The notes under the pieces: generated by a model
Databases searched by the model: none
What the model was told of the DNA's origin: nothing
The model's input: only the letters and a program-made list of their open reading frames with translations
Part shown: positions 39,512 to 49,070 of the stretch, piece after piece
How the letters are laid out: each line of letters opens with the position of its first letter
Numbering within the stretch: the first letter of the stretch is position 1
Assembly (NCBI GenBank): GCA_963727625.1
Contig: CAVSHR010000005.1
Span: forward strand, 320,001-384,000
Length of the DNA: 64,000 nucleotides
Direction of reading: 5' to 3'
DNA from: an uncultured delta proteobacterium
Lineage (GTDB): Bacteria > Desulfobacterota > Binatia > UBA9968
Program-made: the position numbers and the translations under genes

Positions 39512-40882
39512 ATGGCCAAAGATCTCCGTAGTTTCATCGCTGAATTAGAAGCCCGGCATCCCGAAGAAATCGCCCGCGTCGCAAAGTCGATTTCGCCGCG
39601 CTACGAGATCACCGCGCTGCTCACTCAACTGGAAAAGATCAAACGGTTTCCTCTGCTCTACTGCGAGAAGGTCGAAGGCAGCGACGCGCCGGTGGTGATC
39701 AATGCTCAGTCAAGCCGCAAACTGATGGCGCTCGCGCTGGAATGTAAAGCGGAGGCGCTGGCCGCGAATTTCACCGAGCGCCAGGGCAGGCCGATCGCGC
39801 CCGTCGAGGTCAGTGACGCCCCGGTGCAAGAAGTGATCAAAAACGGCGATGAAGTAGATTTGACGAAAGTCCCGCTGCTCACCCACTACGATGTCAACGC
39901 CGCTCCCTACGTCACCGCCGGCATCGTTGTCGCGGCCGACCCCGACACCGGCGTGCGCAACACCAGCTACAATCGCTTGATGATGGCGGGCAAGCGCGAG
40001 CTGCGCATCTTCATGGCCATTGGCCGCCATCTCTGGACGCTGCACAACAAGTTGGAACGGCGCAATGAGGCTTTGCCGATCGCCATTGTCGTCGGCGTTC
40101 ATCCATTGTTCTCTCTCGGTGCTCAAGCGTTCACCCCCTCGACCGAAGACGAATATGCGGTGATCGGCGGCATGATGGGAGAAGCGCTGCGCGTCGTCAA
40201 AGCGAAGACCCTGCCGATCTTGGTTCCCGCCGACGCGGAGATGGTGCTCGAAGGAAAAATCTTGCCCAACTTGCGCCGGGAAGAAGGTCCCTTCGGCGAA
40301 TTTACCGGCCACGCCGTCTCCAAGGACGATCGCCAGGTCATTGAAGTGACGGCAATAACCCATCGCGAAAGTTATATTTTCCAGGACGTCCACGCCGGCT
40401 ATACCGAGCATAAACTGATGGGCGCTGTGCCGCGCGAAGCGGCGCTGATCAAAGCCGTGCGCCAGACGGTACCGACGGTGCGAAACGTTTGCATGCCGGT
40501 CTCCGGCAACTGCCGCTTTCACGCTTACATTTCGATTGCCAAGCGCACACCGGGACAAGCCAAGAACGCCATCTGCGCCGCCTTCGCCGCCGACATGCTG
40601 CTCAAGCATGTGGTCATCGTCGATGACGACATCGACGTCTTCGACGAAGAGCAAGTCTTATGGGCGGTGTCGAACCGTTTTCAAGCCGATCGCGGTCTGA
40701 TAGTGATTGCCAATGCTCAGGGTAGCGAGCTCGATCCGTCGGCGGGCCCCGGCGGCGTCAACGCCAAGATGGGGTTGGACGCGACCAAACCGCTCACCGG
40801 CTTTGCACCGGAACTCAGAGTGCCCGTAGAAGTGATGAAGAAGATTCGCTTGGAAGATTTTCTGCCAAAATTTGCCAAGTAG
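39512..40882 (+). CDS. UbiD family (prFMN-dependent) decarboxylase
   Basis: NTSYNRL, EEGPFGEFTG, VIVDDDIDVFD, LDPS, KMGLDATKP. Confidence 0.9.
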   Translation: MAKDLRSFIAELEARHPEEIARVAKSISPRYEITALLTQLEKIKRFPLLYCEKVEGSDAPVVINAQSSRKLMALALECKAEALAANFTERQGRPIAPVEVSDAPVQEVIKNGDEVDLTKVPLLTHYDVNAAPYVTAGIVVAADPDTGVRNTSYNRLMMAGKRELRIFMAIGRHLWTLHNKLERRNEALPIAIVVGVHPLFSLGAQAFTPSTEDEYAVIGGMMGEALRVVKAKTLPILVPADAEMVLEGKILPNLRREEGPFGEFTGHAVSKDDRQVIEVTAITHRESYIFQDVHAGYTEHKLMGAVPREAALIKAVRQTVPTVRNVCMPVSGNCRFHAYISIAKRTPGQAKNAICAAFAADMLLKHVVIVDDDIDVFDEEQVLWAVSNRFQADRGLIVIANAQGSELDPSAGPGGVNAKMGLDATKPLTGFAPELRVPVEVMKKIRLEDFLPKFAK

Positions 40883-41096
40883 CAGCAGATCTAACGCTGC
40901 ACAGTTCGATCCAAGTCAATCAAACCCATCGTATTGATCAGGATTTCCCTCGCCACACGTCATCGCGGGAGACCGGGCCGGGGTGACGGAGAGTCCGAGC
41001 CCGGACCCTCACCCCTTCCCACTGCCGCTTTGCAGGAAAAGGAGAAGAGGCCCGGCTCTTCCGCAACTTCATCGATCGTATTCCGAATCACGCGGT

Positions 41097-42068
41097 TCAC
41101 TCCAACGAGAACGACATCCCAACCTGATGCTCCAGCGCCCAACGGCACGCCCACGCTGCCGCCGTGCTGTCCCACAACGACATGCCCACTGATTCGAACA
41201 CAATTGTCTCCGACTCATTGCGCCGCGCGGTAACTTTTCCTAGCAGTACCTCCCCTAGCTCCGCGGCGATGTCATCGCCGGACCATGAGCCCTCGGCGAT
41301 CATCGCGGCATAGGGTTGGCGCGGCGCCTCGCCGCCGAGAACTTCTTCCTTCCAAGAAACGATGACACGCGAATTCTTGACCGTCTCGGCGGGCAATTGC
41401 CCGCTGGTGATTGAAATCACCAACGCGCCGGACTCGATCCAGTCGGGTTCGATGATCGTCGAACGACAACTGGTCGCCAGACTGACAATCGGCGCATGCT
41501 CCACCGCCTTGCGCGGACTGTCCACCGCTTCAACCTCGACACCAAGCCAAGAGCTCATTGATTTAGCAAAGCTCTCGCGATGCTCGCGCGTCGGGCTGAA
41601 GACTCTGACTCGTCTTAACGAGGGCAACGCGCGTCGAATCGCCAAAAGCTGCCCGCCCGCCTGGCGGCCGCTGCCGATGAGCCCGAGGGTATCGGCTTCT
41701 GCAGGCGCCAGATACTGGCTCGCTACGCCCGCCGGAGCGCCGGTGCGCCAGACGTTAAGCGCCGTACCGGCAACAAGCGCGAGCAGATCCCCCCGATCTT
41801 CATCGAAGAGCAAGATAAAATAGGCATCCCTGGCGCCGCGAAACAGCGCGCTGACGCGCATCCCCTGTCCCGCGCCCGGAACCGCCGAGGTGGTGATGCG
41901 ATATTTTTTCTTCGGGTTGGTCAGGCTGGTCTCCAATCGCACTTGGCCGGCCACTGCGCCGCTGTTGAAAGCCCGTAAAGATTCTTCGATGCAAACTAAC
42001 AGGCCATCCATATTCGATGGGTCGCTCAATAAAAGCGCTAAATCCTTTTCGCCTAGCAAAATTGGCAT
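41097..42068 (-). CDS. Ornithine cyclodeaminase/mu-crystallin family protein
   Basis: WRTGA, IGSGRQA, FESVGM.LWD. Confidence 0.85.
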   Translation of the reverse strand: MPILLGEKDLALLLSDPSNMDGLLVCIEESLRAFNSGAVAGQVRLETSLTNPKKKYRITTSAVPGAGQGMRVSALFRGARDAYFILLFDEDRGDLLALVAGTALNVWRTGAPAGVASQYLAPAEADTLGLIGSGRQAGGQLLAIRRALPSLRRVRVFSPTREHRESFAKSMSSWLGVEVEAVDSPRKAVEHAPIVSLATSCRSTIIEPDWIESGALVISITSGQLPAETVKNSRVIVSWKEEVLGGEAPRQPYAAMIAEGSWSGDDIAAELGEVLLGKVTARRNESETIVFESVGMSLWDSTAAAWACRWALEHQVGMSFSLE

Positions 42069-42260
42069 TCAGACCTCCTAATCTAAGTCGACCTGTATCA
42101 GGACGATTAATATTTGTTATAGAGTATTGGGCCGACGGCTTAAAATTTGCTCCAGGGAGTTTTGTTCGGCCCTTACCTTTTTAACACAAATTCTTGAAAA
42201 TGTTGTCCAAAGGAATCGATTCTCGTGACCAGAGATGCAGGAGCCACGCCCAAGTCAGGG

Positions 42261-42289
42261 TTGACATGACAAACCTTCGCAGATACCTT
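42261..42289 (+). promoter_or_regulatory. Sigma70-like promoter of the amidase-actin operon
   Basis: TTGACA-N17-TACCTT. Confidence 0.5.
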
Positions 42290-42332
42290 TTGTAAGTTAC
42301 CGATTTTATTCCCAAGTTTGATGCCGGCGGCG

Positions 42333-43331
42333 ATGGCTAGTACACAAGAAACCAAGGCTGAGATCTTACGCGCTGTGGTCCAGGATAACATCAATGTGAT
42401 CCATGGCGTAAAAGCGACGAGAGTCCAACCCCGCAAGAGCAGGACTCGGATCTGGCTATGGGGCGGCTTGCTCACTGCAGGAACGGCCTATTTCACCCTA
42501 GCTATGGCCGTCATTCCAAAAATAAACACGCCGACTCCAAGCGTAAAACCTGCGCGAGTCTCGACAGCGAGCGCCGGCAATTTTTCGGACACGGATCTTC
42601 TCCTTGCATCTCCCCGGCCGATCGATCGTAAAGCGATTCCGCTTGCGATCAGGACTGTCGTTATCGATGCCGGCCACGGTGGCGAACCGGGGACGGCGGC
42701 AGAATCCGGAATTACCGAGAAAGAAATCACTCTGGATCTGGCGCTGCGCTTGCGTCGCCACTTGAAACAAGCCCCGTTTAAAGTGTTATTAACCCGCGAC
42801 ACGGATCGTCGGCTGCCACTCGACAAGCGCGTGGCCTTCGCCAACCAAAATAAGGCGGATCTCTTTGTATCGATTCACTTGAATTGGATGGAACCGCACA
42901 GCATTCGCGGCGTCGAGACTTATTACGTCGGCCCAACCGATGACCCTTCCGTACTCAAGTTAGCCAGCCGGGAAAATAAAGAATCAGGCTATTCGCTTTC
43001 GGATTATAAGAAAATTCTTGAAAAAATTTACGTTGACACGCGCCGTCATGAATCTCACATTCTGGCGAAAACCGTTCAATCCCAATTGTTCCGGGCGCTC
43101 AAAGAAAACAATCCTGACTTGGAAAATCGCGGCGTCAAAACGGCGCCGTTTGTGGTTTTGATCGGCACACAAATGCCGGCAATCTTGATCGAAGTCGCCT
43201 GCCTCTCCAACCCGGAAGAAGTACAGTTGTTGACAAAAGAGGAGTATCGGGAAAGTATCGCCGTGGCTCTGGCAAGGGGCATACGTAGCTACGCAAACAC
43301 ATTTAATATGGCTGATAGGAAAGGCAGTTAA
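42333..43331 (+). CDS. N-acetylmuramoyl-L-alanine amidase (Amidase_3) with N-terminal TM/signal anchor
   Basis: VVIDAGHGG, TEKEITL, ADLFVSIH, PAILIEV zinc/catalytic residues; hydrophobic IWLWGGLLTAGTAYFTLAMAVI preceded by basic residues. Confidence 0.9.
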   Translation: MASTQETKAEILRAVVQDNINVIHGVKATRVQPRKSRTRIWLWGGLLTAGTAYFTLAMAVIPKINTPTPSVKPARVSTASAGNFSDTDLLLASPRPIDRKAIPLAIRTVVIDAGHGGEPGTAAESGITEKEITLDLALRLRRHLKQAPFKVLLTRDTDRRLPLDKRVAFANQNKADLFVSIHLNWMEPHSIRGVETYYVGPTDDPSVLKLASRENKESGYSLSDYKKILEKIYVDTRRHESHILAKTVQSQLFRALKENNPDLENRGVKTAPFVVLIGTQMPAILIEVACLSNPEEVQLLTKEEYRESIAVALARGIRSYANTFNMADRKGS

Positions 43332-43334
43332 TCG

Positions 43335-44366
43335 ATGGACGAAGCAAACGATACCCTCTGTGTTGGGATCGATCTAGGCACCTCTCGCAGCTCCATTTCG
43401 GCATCCAATGGCGAGCGCCACGTCGTGGATAGTTACGTCGGCTGGCCAGTGGACATGGTGGCGCGCAAATTGGTGAAAAAATCCGTGCTCATTGGCCGCG
43501 AAGCTCTGGATAACCGCCCCATGCTGGACCTGCGCCGGCCGCTCGAACGGGGAATAATGAAGGAGGGTTCCGAGAGGGATCAAGAGGCCGTTCAGGAACT
43601 CGTGCGTCATTTGATTTCCTTGGTCGGTATCAAGCAGAAGGGAAAAAACAAAGCAAAGGTGCGCGCTGTAGTCGGCGTTCCGGCAGAGGCCTTTCGTGTC
43701 AGTCGCCAGAACCTGCGCAACACCATCGACGGGATTGCTGAAAGTGTAATGATGGTCTCGGAGCCGTTCGCCGTCGCCTATGGACTTGAAGCGTTGCTGC
43801 ATTCCCTGGTCATCGACGTCGGCGCCGGGACTGCTGATTTTTGCGTGATGCAGGGCCGCTATCCTACCGAAGAGGATCAAAAGACCCTGCCTAACGCGGG
43901 CGACTCGATCGACGAGCAATTGATGAAATTGATTCGAGAACGCCATCCTGACGCTCAGTTCTCGATCCATATGCTGCGCGAATGGAAGGAAAGTCGGAGC
44001 TTTGTCGGCGAGCCCAAGGATCGAGTCATGGTCAGCGTGCCCATCAAGGGGAAAATGACTGAAATCGATATCACCCAGGAAATGCGGACGGCTTGCGAGA
44101 GTATTCTTCCACCGCTGTGCGAAACCATGACCGCGTTACTCATGAAAGTCGACCCCGAGTATCAGGATAAAGTGCGCGACAACGTTATCCTCGCGGGCGG
44201 GACGTCGCTCATTTCCGGACTGCCGGAGGCGATCGCCAACGCGTTAAAAGATTTAGGCGGCGGACGAGCAACGGTGGTCAATGATCCAGTATTTGCCGGG
44301 TCGGACGGCGGCCTCGCCATTGCCCGCGATGCTTCGAGCTCGGACTGGGACAAACTGTCCCTTTAA
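43335..44366 (+). CDS. mamK: MamK-like actin ATPase
   Basis: GIDLGTS, S.VGWP.D, L.RPL..G...E.SERD.E, VVGVPA, VSEPF.V.YGL, DVGAGT.D.C...G..P..EDQ..L..AG..IDE, PEYQ..V..NVILAGG, C-terminal W..L; colinear with Magnetospirillum MamK as I recall it rather than MreB. Confidence 0.8.
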   Translation: MDEANDTLCVGIDLGTSRSSISASNGERHVVDSYVGWPVDMVARKLVKKSVLIGREALDNRPMLDLRRPLERGIMKEGSERDQEAVQELVRHLISLVGIKQKGKNKAKVRAVVGVPAEAFRVSRQNLRNTIDGIAESVMMVSEPFAVAYGLEALLHSLVIDVGAGTADFCVMQGRYPTEEDQKTLPNAGDSIDEQLMKLIRERHPDAQFSIHMLREWKESRSFVGEPKDRVMVSVPIKGKMTEIDITQEMRTACESILPPLCETMTALLMKVDPEYQDKVRDNVILAGGTSLISGLPEAIANALKDLGGGRATVVNDPVFAGSDGGLAIARDASSSDWDKLSL

Positions 44367-44459
44367 GGCTCCTATCGGCCCGCGAGGCATCGGGTTAGTT
44401 GTCTGCGCGAACCCGGCGATCATGCCACACGATAACGTTTCATTGCGCTGAAACCGAAA

Positions 44460-44759
44460 ATGAGCGATTGGATTTCCGACGTTCTGCTGTTTTCTGCCGG
44501 TATTGCGGGCGGGGTGTTGATTATGACCCTCATCCCGGTGCTGCGCGCGGATAAACGGCGTCGCACCGAGCTCGTCGCCGCGCGCTCGCGCATCCTCGCC
44601 GACATTAAGGACAAACACGAAGAGGAAATTCTCGAACAGGCCTTCCGAACCACCGAGGCCATTCGCGGCGAACTGGACCATTCGTTACAAACCTTGCGAA
44701 AAACGGTTACAACCGTACTGACGCCGCTGAGCAATCAAGAAATCAATGGCCGCCAATAA
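44460..44759 (+). CDS. Small single-pass membrane protein with helical tail
   Basis: N-terminal hydrophobic VLLFSAGIAGGVLIMTLIPVL, then RADKRRR and an amphipathic helix. Confidence 0.55.
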   Translation: MSDWISDVLLFSAGIAGGVLIMTLIPVLRADKRRRTELVAARSRILADIKDKHEEEILEQAFRTTEAIRGELDHSLQTLRKTVTTVLTPLSNQEINGRQ

Positions 44760-44946
44760 CAATCAATGACTCACGTAAGGCTTTCCGTACAGGGTTCAAT
44801 GACGCTTCAAGCGATTTCGCCGGCGGCCGTCCGTTCGCTGTAAGCGTTGCAGCATAATCCGCAATCTCGATGAGATTGACAAGGCGATAAAAGCGGTGAC
44901 AAAGTGTCAGGCGGAAACGCGCGGATGAAATGACTAAAGGGGGGTA

Positions 44947-45906
44947 ATGGCAGCGGCGCTCGCGTTGCTGCCGATCCAAGCTATGGCGGAAGATTTAATT
45001 AAAATAGGTCTGTTCAATCGCGATGCGGCGATCATCGTCGCCGAAGGCAAGGGCTTTCTCCAGCAGGAAGACATTCGAGTCGAGGTCAACACGGTAACCG
45101 ACTCGCCGACGCTGCTGCGCAATTTGATCAGCGGCAGATACGACCTTATTTTAAATAATGCCGACAACGTTATTGCCTGGGCCGAAGGCCAGGGTGAAGA
45201 CCCGCAAAAAAACGACTTCGTGATTTTTCTTGGCGGCAGCCAGGGCGTCGATCAAAAGCTCGTGGTGGCTCCCGCGATTAAAGACTTCCCAGACCTGAAA
45301 GGGAAGCTCTTGGCCGCCGACGCGGTCACCACCGGTTACGCCGTCGTCGCCATGGCGATCCTGAAAAATCACGGCCTCGAGTGGAAGCGCGACTACAAAG
45401 TCAAGTCCTTCGGCAACACCGTGGCACGCGCCGACGCCATGAGCCGAGGCGAAGCGGCGGGCGCGATGATGAGCATGTCGGACGAAGAAATTCAAAACCG
45501 CGGCTTCAAGGTGCTCGCCCTGGCGCAGGATTACGTCAAGCACTACGCCCGAGGCCTAGGGGCCACGCGCCGGCAATGGGCCAATGCCAACGAAGACTTG
45601 GTCGTGCGCTTTAACCGCGCCATGATCCGCGCCACCGATTGGCTGCAAGATCCAAAAAACCGGGACGAGGCGATTCAAGTATTGTTGAGCGAGAGTAAAA
45701 ACAACCAAGCTCGCGCCGAATCGTTGTACCGCCAGTCGCTCAGTCCGACCATGGGACTCACGCCGCGCAGCCGCATCGACATGGAAGGTATCCGCACCGT
45801 GATCGAGCTGCGCGAAGTTGCCGGTCTGATGAAGCCGCCCGTGCCCAAACCGGAAAAATACGTCGATGAACATTTCTACCAGAAAGCATTGGCGACACTG
45901 AAATAA
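44947..45906 (+). CDS. Orphan ABC substrate-binding protein (NMT1/SsuA-like)
   Basis: VAEGKGFLQQEDI, DLKGKLLAADAVTTGYA, KYVDEHFYQKAL. Confidence 0.8.
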   Translation: MAAALALLPIQAMAEDLIKIGLFNRDAAIIVAEGKGFLQQEDIRVEVNTVTDSPTLLRNLISGRYDLILNNADNVIAWAEGQGEDPQKNDFVIFLGGSQGVDQKLVVAPAIKDFPDLKGKLLAADAVTTGYAVVAMAILKNHGLEWKRDYKVKSFGNTVARADAMSRGEAAGAMMSMSDEEIQNRGFKVLALAQDYVKHYARGLGATRRQWANANEDLVVRFNRAMIRATDWLQDPKNRDEAIQVLLSESKNNQARAESLYRQSLSPTMGLTPRSRIDMEGIRTVIELREVAGLMKPPVPKPEKYVDEHFYQKALATLK

Positions 45907-45949
45907 CCGAAAGATCCACTGCGCAAAGACGCCACAGGGAGAGACTGCG

Positions 45950-46591
45950 ATGAAAAAAAGAGCGGTAAAATTAATCCGCACCGCCGCCTCGACGGCGGCG
46001 GCTCTGATCCTGGTGCTGGGCACTGCCCACGCGCAATCCCCCCAAGGCAAACCCGTGACGATTCGCGGTAAAATTGCCGCGGTGGATAAAACCACCCTCA
46101 AAGTCACTACAGCCGCGGGCCATGTCATGATCAAGTTCGCCGAGAAGACTCGCATCGGCGGGGTCGAAGCCGCCAAGCTCGCCGACATCGGCGCGGGCGC
46201 CTATGTGGGCGCCACCGCCGTAAAGCGGGCCGACGGCACGTTGAAAGCCCTCGAGGTACATATTTTTCCCGAGAGCGCGCGCGGCACGGGCGAAGGGCAC
46301 CGTCCCTGGGATCTGCAGCCCGGTTCGACCATGACCAACGCCAATGTCGAAAAGGTCGATCAGGTGGCGGTTGAAAAAGTTCAAGGCGAGTTATTGACCT
46401 TGCACTACAAGGACGGCCAACAAAAAATTTTCATTCCGCCCGGCACGCCGATCGTGCGCAATGTTCCCGGCAATCGCGCCCTGCTTAAGCTCGGCGCCGG
46501 TGTTTTCATTCCCGCCGTTCGCGGCGACGACGGCACGCTCACCGCGAGGAGAATCACGGTAGGTATCGGCGGCATCATGCCGCCGATGTAG
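45950..46591 (+). CDS. Exported hypothetical protein (DUF5666-like)
   Basis: Signal peptide; ALEVHIFPE..RGTGEGHRPWD..PGSTMTNA; C-terminal PPM. Confidence 0.65.
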   Translation: MKKRAVKLIRTAASTAAALILVLGTAHAQSPQGKPVTIRGKIAAVDKTTLKVTTAAGHVMIKFAEKTRIGGVEAAKLADIGAGAYVGATAVKRADGTLKALEVHIFPESARGTGEGHRPWDLQPGSTMTNANVEKVDQVAVEKVQGELLTLHYKDGQQKIFIPPGTPIVRNVPGNRALLKLGAGVFIPAVRGDDGTLTARRITVGIGGIMPPM

Positions 46592-46968
46592 GCGGCTCCC
46601 GCAGGACTTGAATTACCGGTGCACCGCACATCTAACGCGTGGATCGGAACCAAGCCCTATGACTTATTCCTTGAAGCATAAATTTTCTTCCGACCATCAA
46701 TAGATTTGCCTCTAAAACCAAGGCCGGTTCGTGGATCTCTTGCCGACGTCGCTCCGCGCGTAAATCCATCTGCTCACGATAAATGCTGACCGAAGGGTAC
46801 CATGAAAGCCGCGAATTTACCGCAACGGAGGGCAATGCGGCGCGGCATTTGATTGGAATTTAGCAATCATCGAGAGTTTGAGGATTGGCGTGATTGTGTT
46901 TCTTCGAATTGCGCGAGCCGATCGATCGTATCTGCCTCACAGACTATCAGAAACACCCAACCAAACGG

Positions 46969-48342
46969 TCAGTCCCGTTTTACAGGCGGCTGCTTGAAAC
47001 CGGGTTTTACTTTCCAGCCGAAATTCGCGGTCAAGCCGCGTGTTTCATAAGCGCCAACGTCTACCGTCTGGGTGCCGCGCGGTGCGTTATTGAAGTCGCT
47101 GCGCGGCGCCAGCTTGGCGTCGCCTTTGCCGATGAGCGCCGACTCGGGCCGCGGCCATACATCAAACGCGTCCGAGCCGACAAAAACGCTTGCATAACTT
47201 CCCCCGGGCAAGAATCTCTCACTATCCAAGTGAACTCCTATTAACCCTCCTTCAAGAAAGTTTGCACGAATGATAATGCTCTTTCCGTCCAACCCGTCAA
47301 CATTCACGGCCGAGCCGTCCGGGCAATAGACGGCATTATTGGCCAAGATCATATTGACCGCGCCATTCCAACGAATATCCAGGCACGTAGGATGGCCGAC
47401 GATCGTGTTGTTGACGATGGTAACGTCGCGCACGCGGCGATTGGCGGCATGGGGCGCGGCGACGATACCGGCAATCGCAGAGTTGAGGACGAGGTTGTTT
47501 CTGATAATTGCGTCAGCAACGACTTGGATGCCCTCGCCGCAGTTCCACATGGCGTTGCCCTCGACGAGGTTTCTTTCCGGTCCGCCGCCGTAAACGAAAA
47601 TACAGGGGTATTTTCTACCGATGTTGGTGTCGTGAATGACATTGTCGCGCACGACGTTGCCATAGGAGCCGACTTTGATCTCGATGCCGTCGTTGCCACC
47701 GTCGCTGGTGCCGCGCAGATGGTGGATATAATTGCCCTCGAAAAGGCTGTTGGTCACTTTACAGCTGCCGTCGTGACAACCGATATACATCCCCTCCCCT
47801 TCGGTCGGACCGAGTGAATAAAGTCCGGTGTGATGAATGTGATTGCGCCGAATGATCAAAGAATCAACATTGCCGCTGTTGATTGCGATGGCATTGTTTT
47901 GGGTCTCAAAGATCTCGCTATCCTCGATTGTCAAATGACTGCCTCGCATGATCCGCACGCCGATGCTGCCGCCGCGGAAGCGCAAACCGCGAATAATAAG
48001 ATACGTCGAGTCGATGATCTCGATATTGTTCTCCGCCGCATGAGTACGCCGTGATCGGGTAATTACGGGACGCGCTCCCGCCGCCGCGCGGATCACGATC
48101 GGCTTGCCGGGCACGCCTTTGACGTTAATTCCGCGGCGACAGCCTTGCGAATAGACGCCGTCGTGCAAGATCAATTCATCGCCCGGTTGCAGTTTGTTGG
48201 CGATCGATTCGAATTCCTCTTCACAGGACTCGGTCGCTGCCGGATGGATCTCGAAGGTTTCCGCTGCCGCCTTGCCCCGTAATCCGCTTCCACATAAGCC
48301 CAGGAAAACCGCCCCGCAGAGAAATACTTGCCGCACCGTCAT
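46969..48342 (-). CDS. Secreted right-handed parallel beta-helix (pectate lyase-fold) protein
   Basis: Signal peptide, LQPGD..L..G.Y, repeated IRRNHIHH/EGNYIHH/RDNVIHD, C-terminal DVGAYE. Confidence 0.8.
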   Translation of the reverse strand: MTVRQVFLCGAVFLGLCGSGLRGKAAAETFEIHPAATESCEEEFESIANKLQPGDELILHDGVYSQGCRRGINVKGVPGKPIVIRAAAGARPVITRSRRTHAAENNIEIIDSTYLIIRGLRFRGGSIGVRIMRGSHLTIEDSEIFETQNNAIAINSGNVDSLIIRRNHIHHTGLYSLGPTEGEGMYIGCHDGSCKVTNSLFEGNYIHHLRGTSDGGNDGIEIKVGSYGNVVRDNVIHDTNIGRKYPCIFVYGGGPERNLVEGNAMWNCGEGIQVVADAIIRNNLVLNSAIAGIVAAPHAANRRVRDVTIVNNTIVGHPTCLDIRWNGAVNMILANNAVYCPDGSAVNVDGLDGKSIIIRANFLEGGLIGVHLDSERFLPGGSYASVFVGSDAFDVWPRPESALIGKGDAKLAPRSDFNNAPRGTQTVDVGAYETRGLTANFGWKVKPGFKQPPVKRD

Positions 48343-48660
48343 TGACTAGGCTCCGTTGCTAAGCTAAGGGATGGTCGCATACATCCGGGCAAAGGACAAA
48401 GATTCCAGGAATAGGCACGAGGAATCAATTGAGATACTTGGCGTTGTCGCACGGTTAGGCGCTTGGCTGCCGGCGCATCTCAAATCCCGCCGCACGCGTC
48501 GCCAGTGCAATTGACTTTGCCCGCCAGGCGGGCACCAACGTTCGCCGCAAAGCGAAGGCAACCTACGGCAACAGCTTAGCGGAGAATCTCGAGGAAAGCG
48601 GCTTTCTCAAAGAGCGTTGGGGTGGGCCGGCCAAGCTAATTCACAAAGGGAGGAATGACA

Positions 48661-49053
48661 ATGGCGCAAATCAAGCATATCGCGATCCGTACCCATGACG
48701 TGGAAAAGACCGCGCGCTTTTACAAAGAAGCTTTCGGCCTGGAGCAGGTCGGCGCCGGCAAGAACGGTATTTATCTTACCGACGGCCACATTAACATCGC
48801 CGTTTTGAACTTCCGCCCCGCTGTGGAGGGAGAGACCATGAAGCTGGGCGTCGACCATATCGGTTTTCAAGTCGACGATCTGGACGCTGCGTTGGCCCGC
48901 GTGAAAGACGTCGGCGGAAAAGCCTTGAACGAACGCAATGAAGTCGACCGCTCGGATCCGACCAAGCAGCAATCTTACTTCGAAGTAAAGTGCGTTGGTC
49001 CCGAAGAGCAAATTATCGATGTTTCCAGCGCCGGCTGGTTGGGCGCGAAGTGA
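48661..49053 (+). CDS. VOC/glyoxalase family protein
   Basis: IKHIAIRT.DVEKTARFY, GVDHIGFQVDDL, GPE. Confidence 0.85.
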   Translation: MAQIKHIAIRTHDVEKTARFYKEAFGLEQVGAGKNGIYLTDGHINIAVLNFRPAVEGETMKLGVDHIGFQVDDLDAALARVKDVGGKALNERNEVDRSDPTKQQSYFEVKCVGPEEQIIDVSSAGWLGAK

Positions 49054-49070
49054 CTCCGCAAGCGAACAGA

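Noticed and set aside
42333-46591. Magnetosome island suggested by the MamK-like gene
   Set aside because: No recognisable MamA/B/E/I/M/O/P/Q, Mms, Mad or FeoAB genes flank it in this window.
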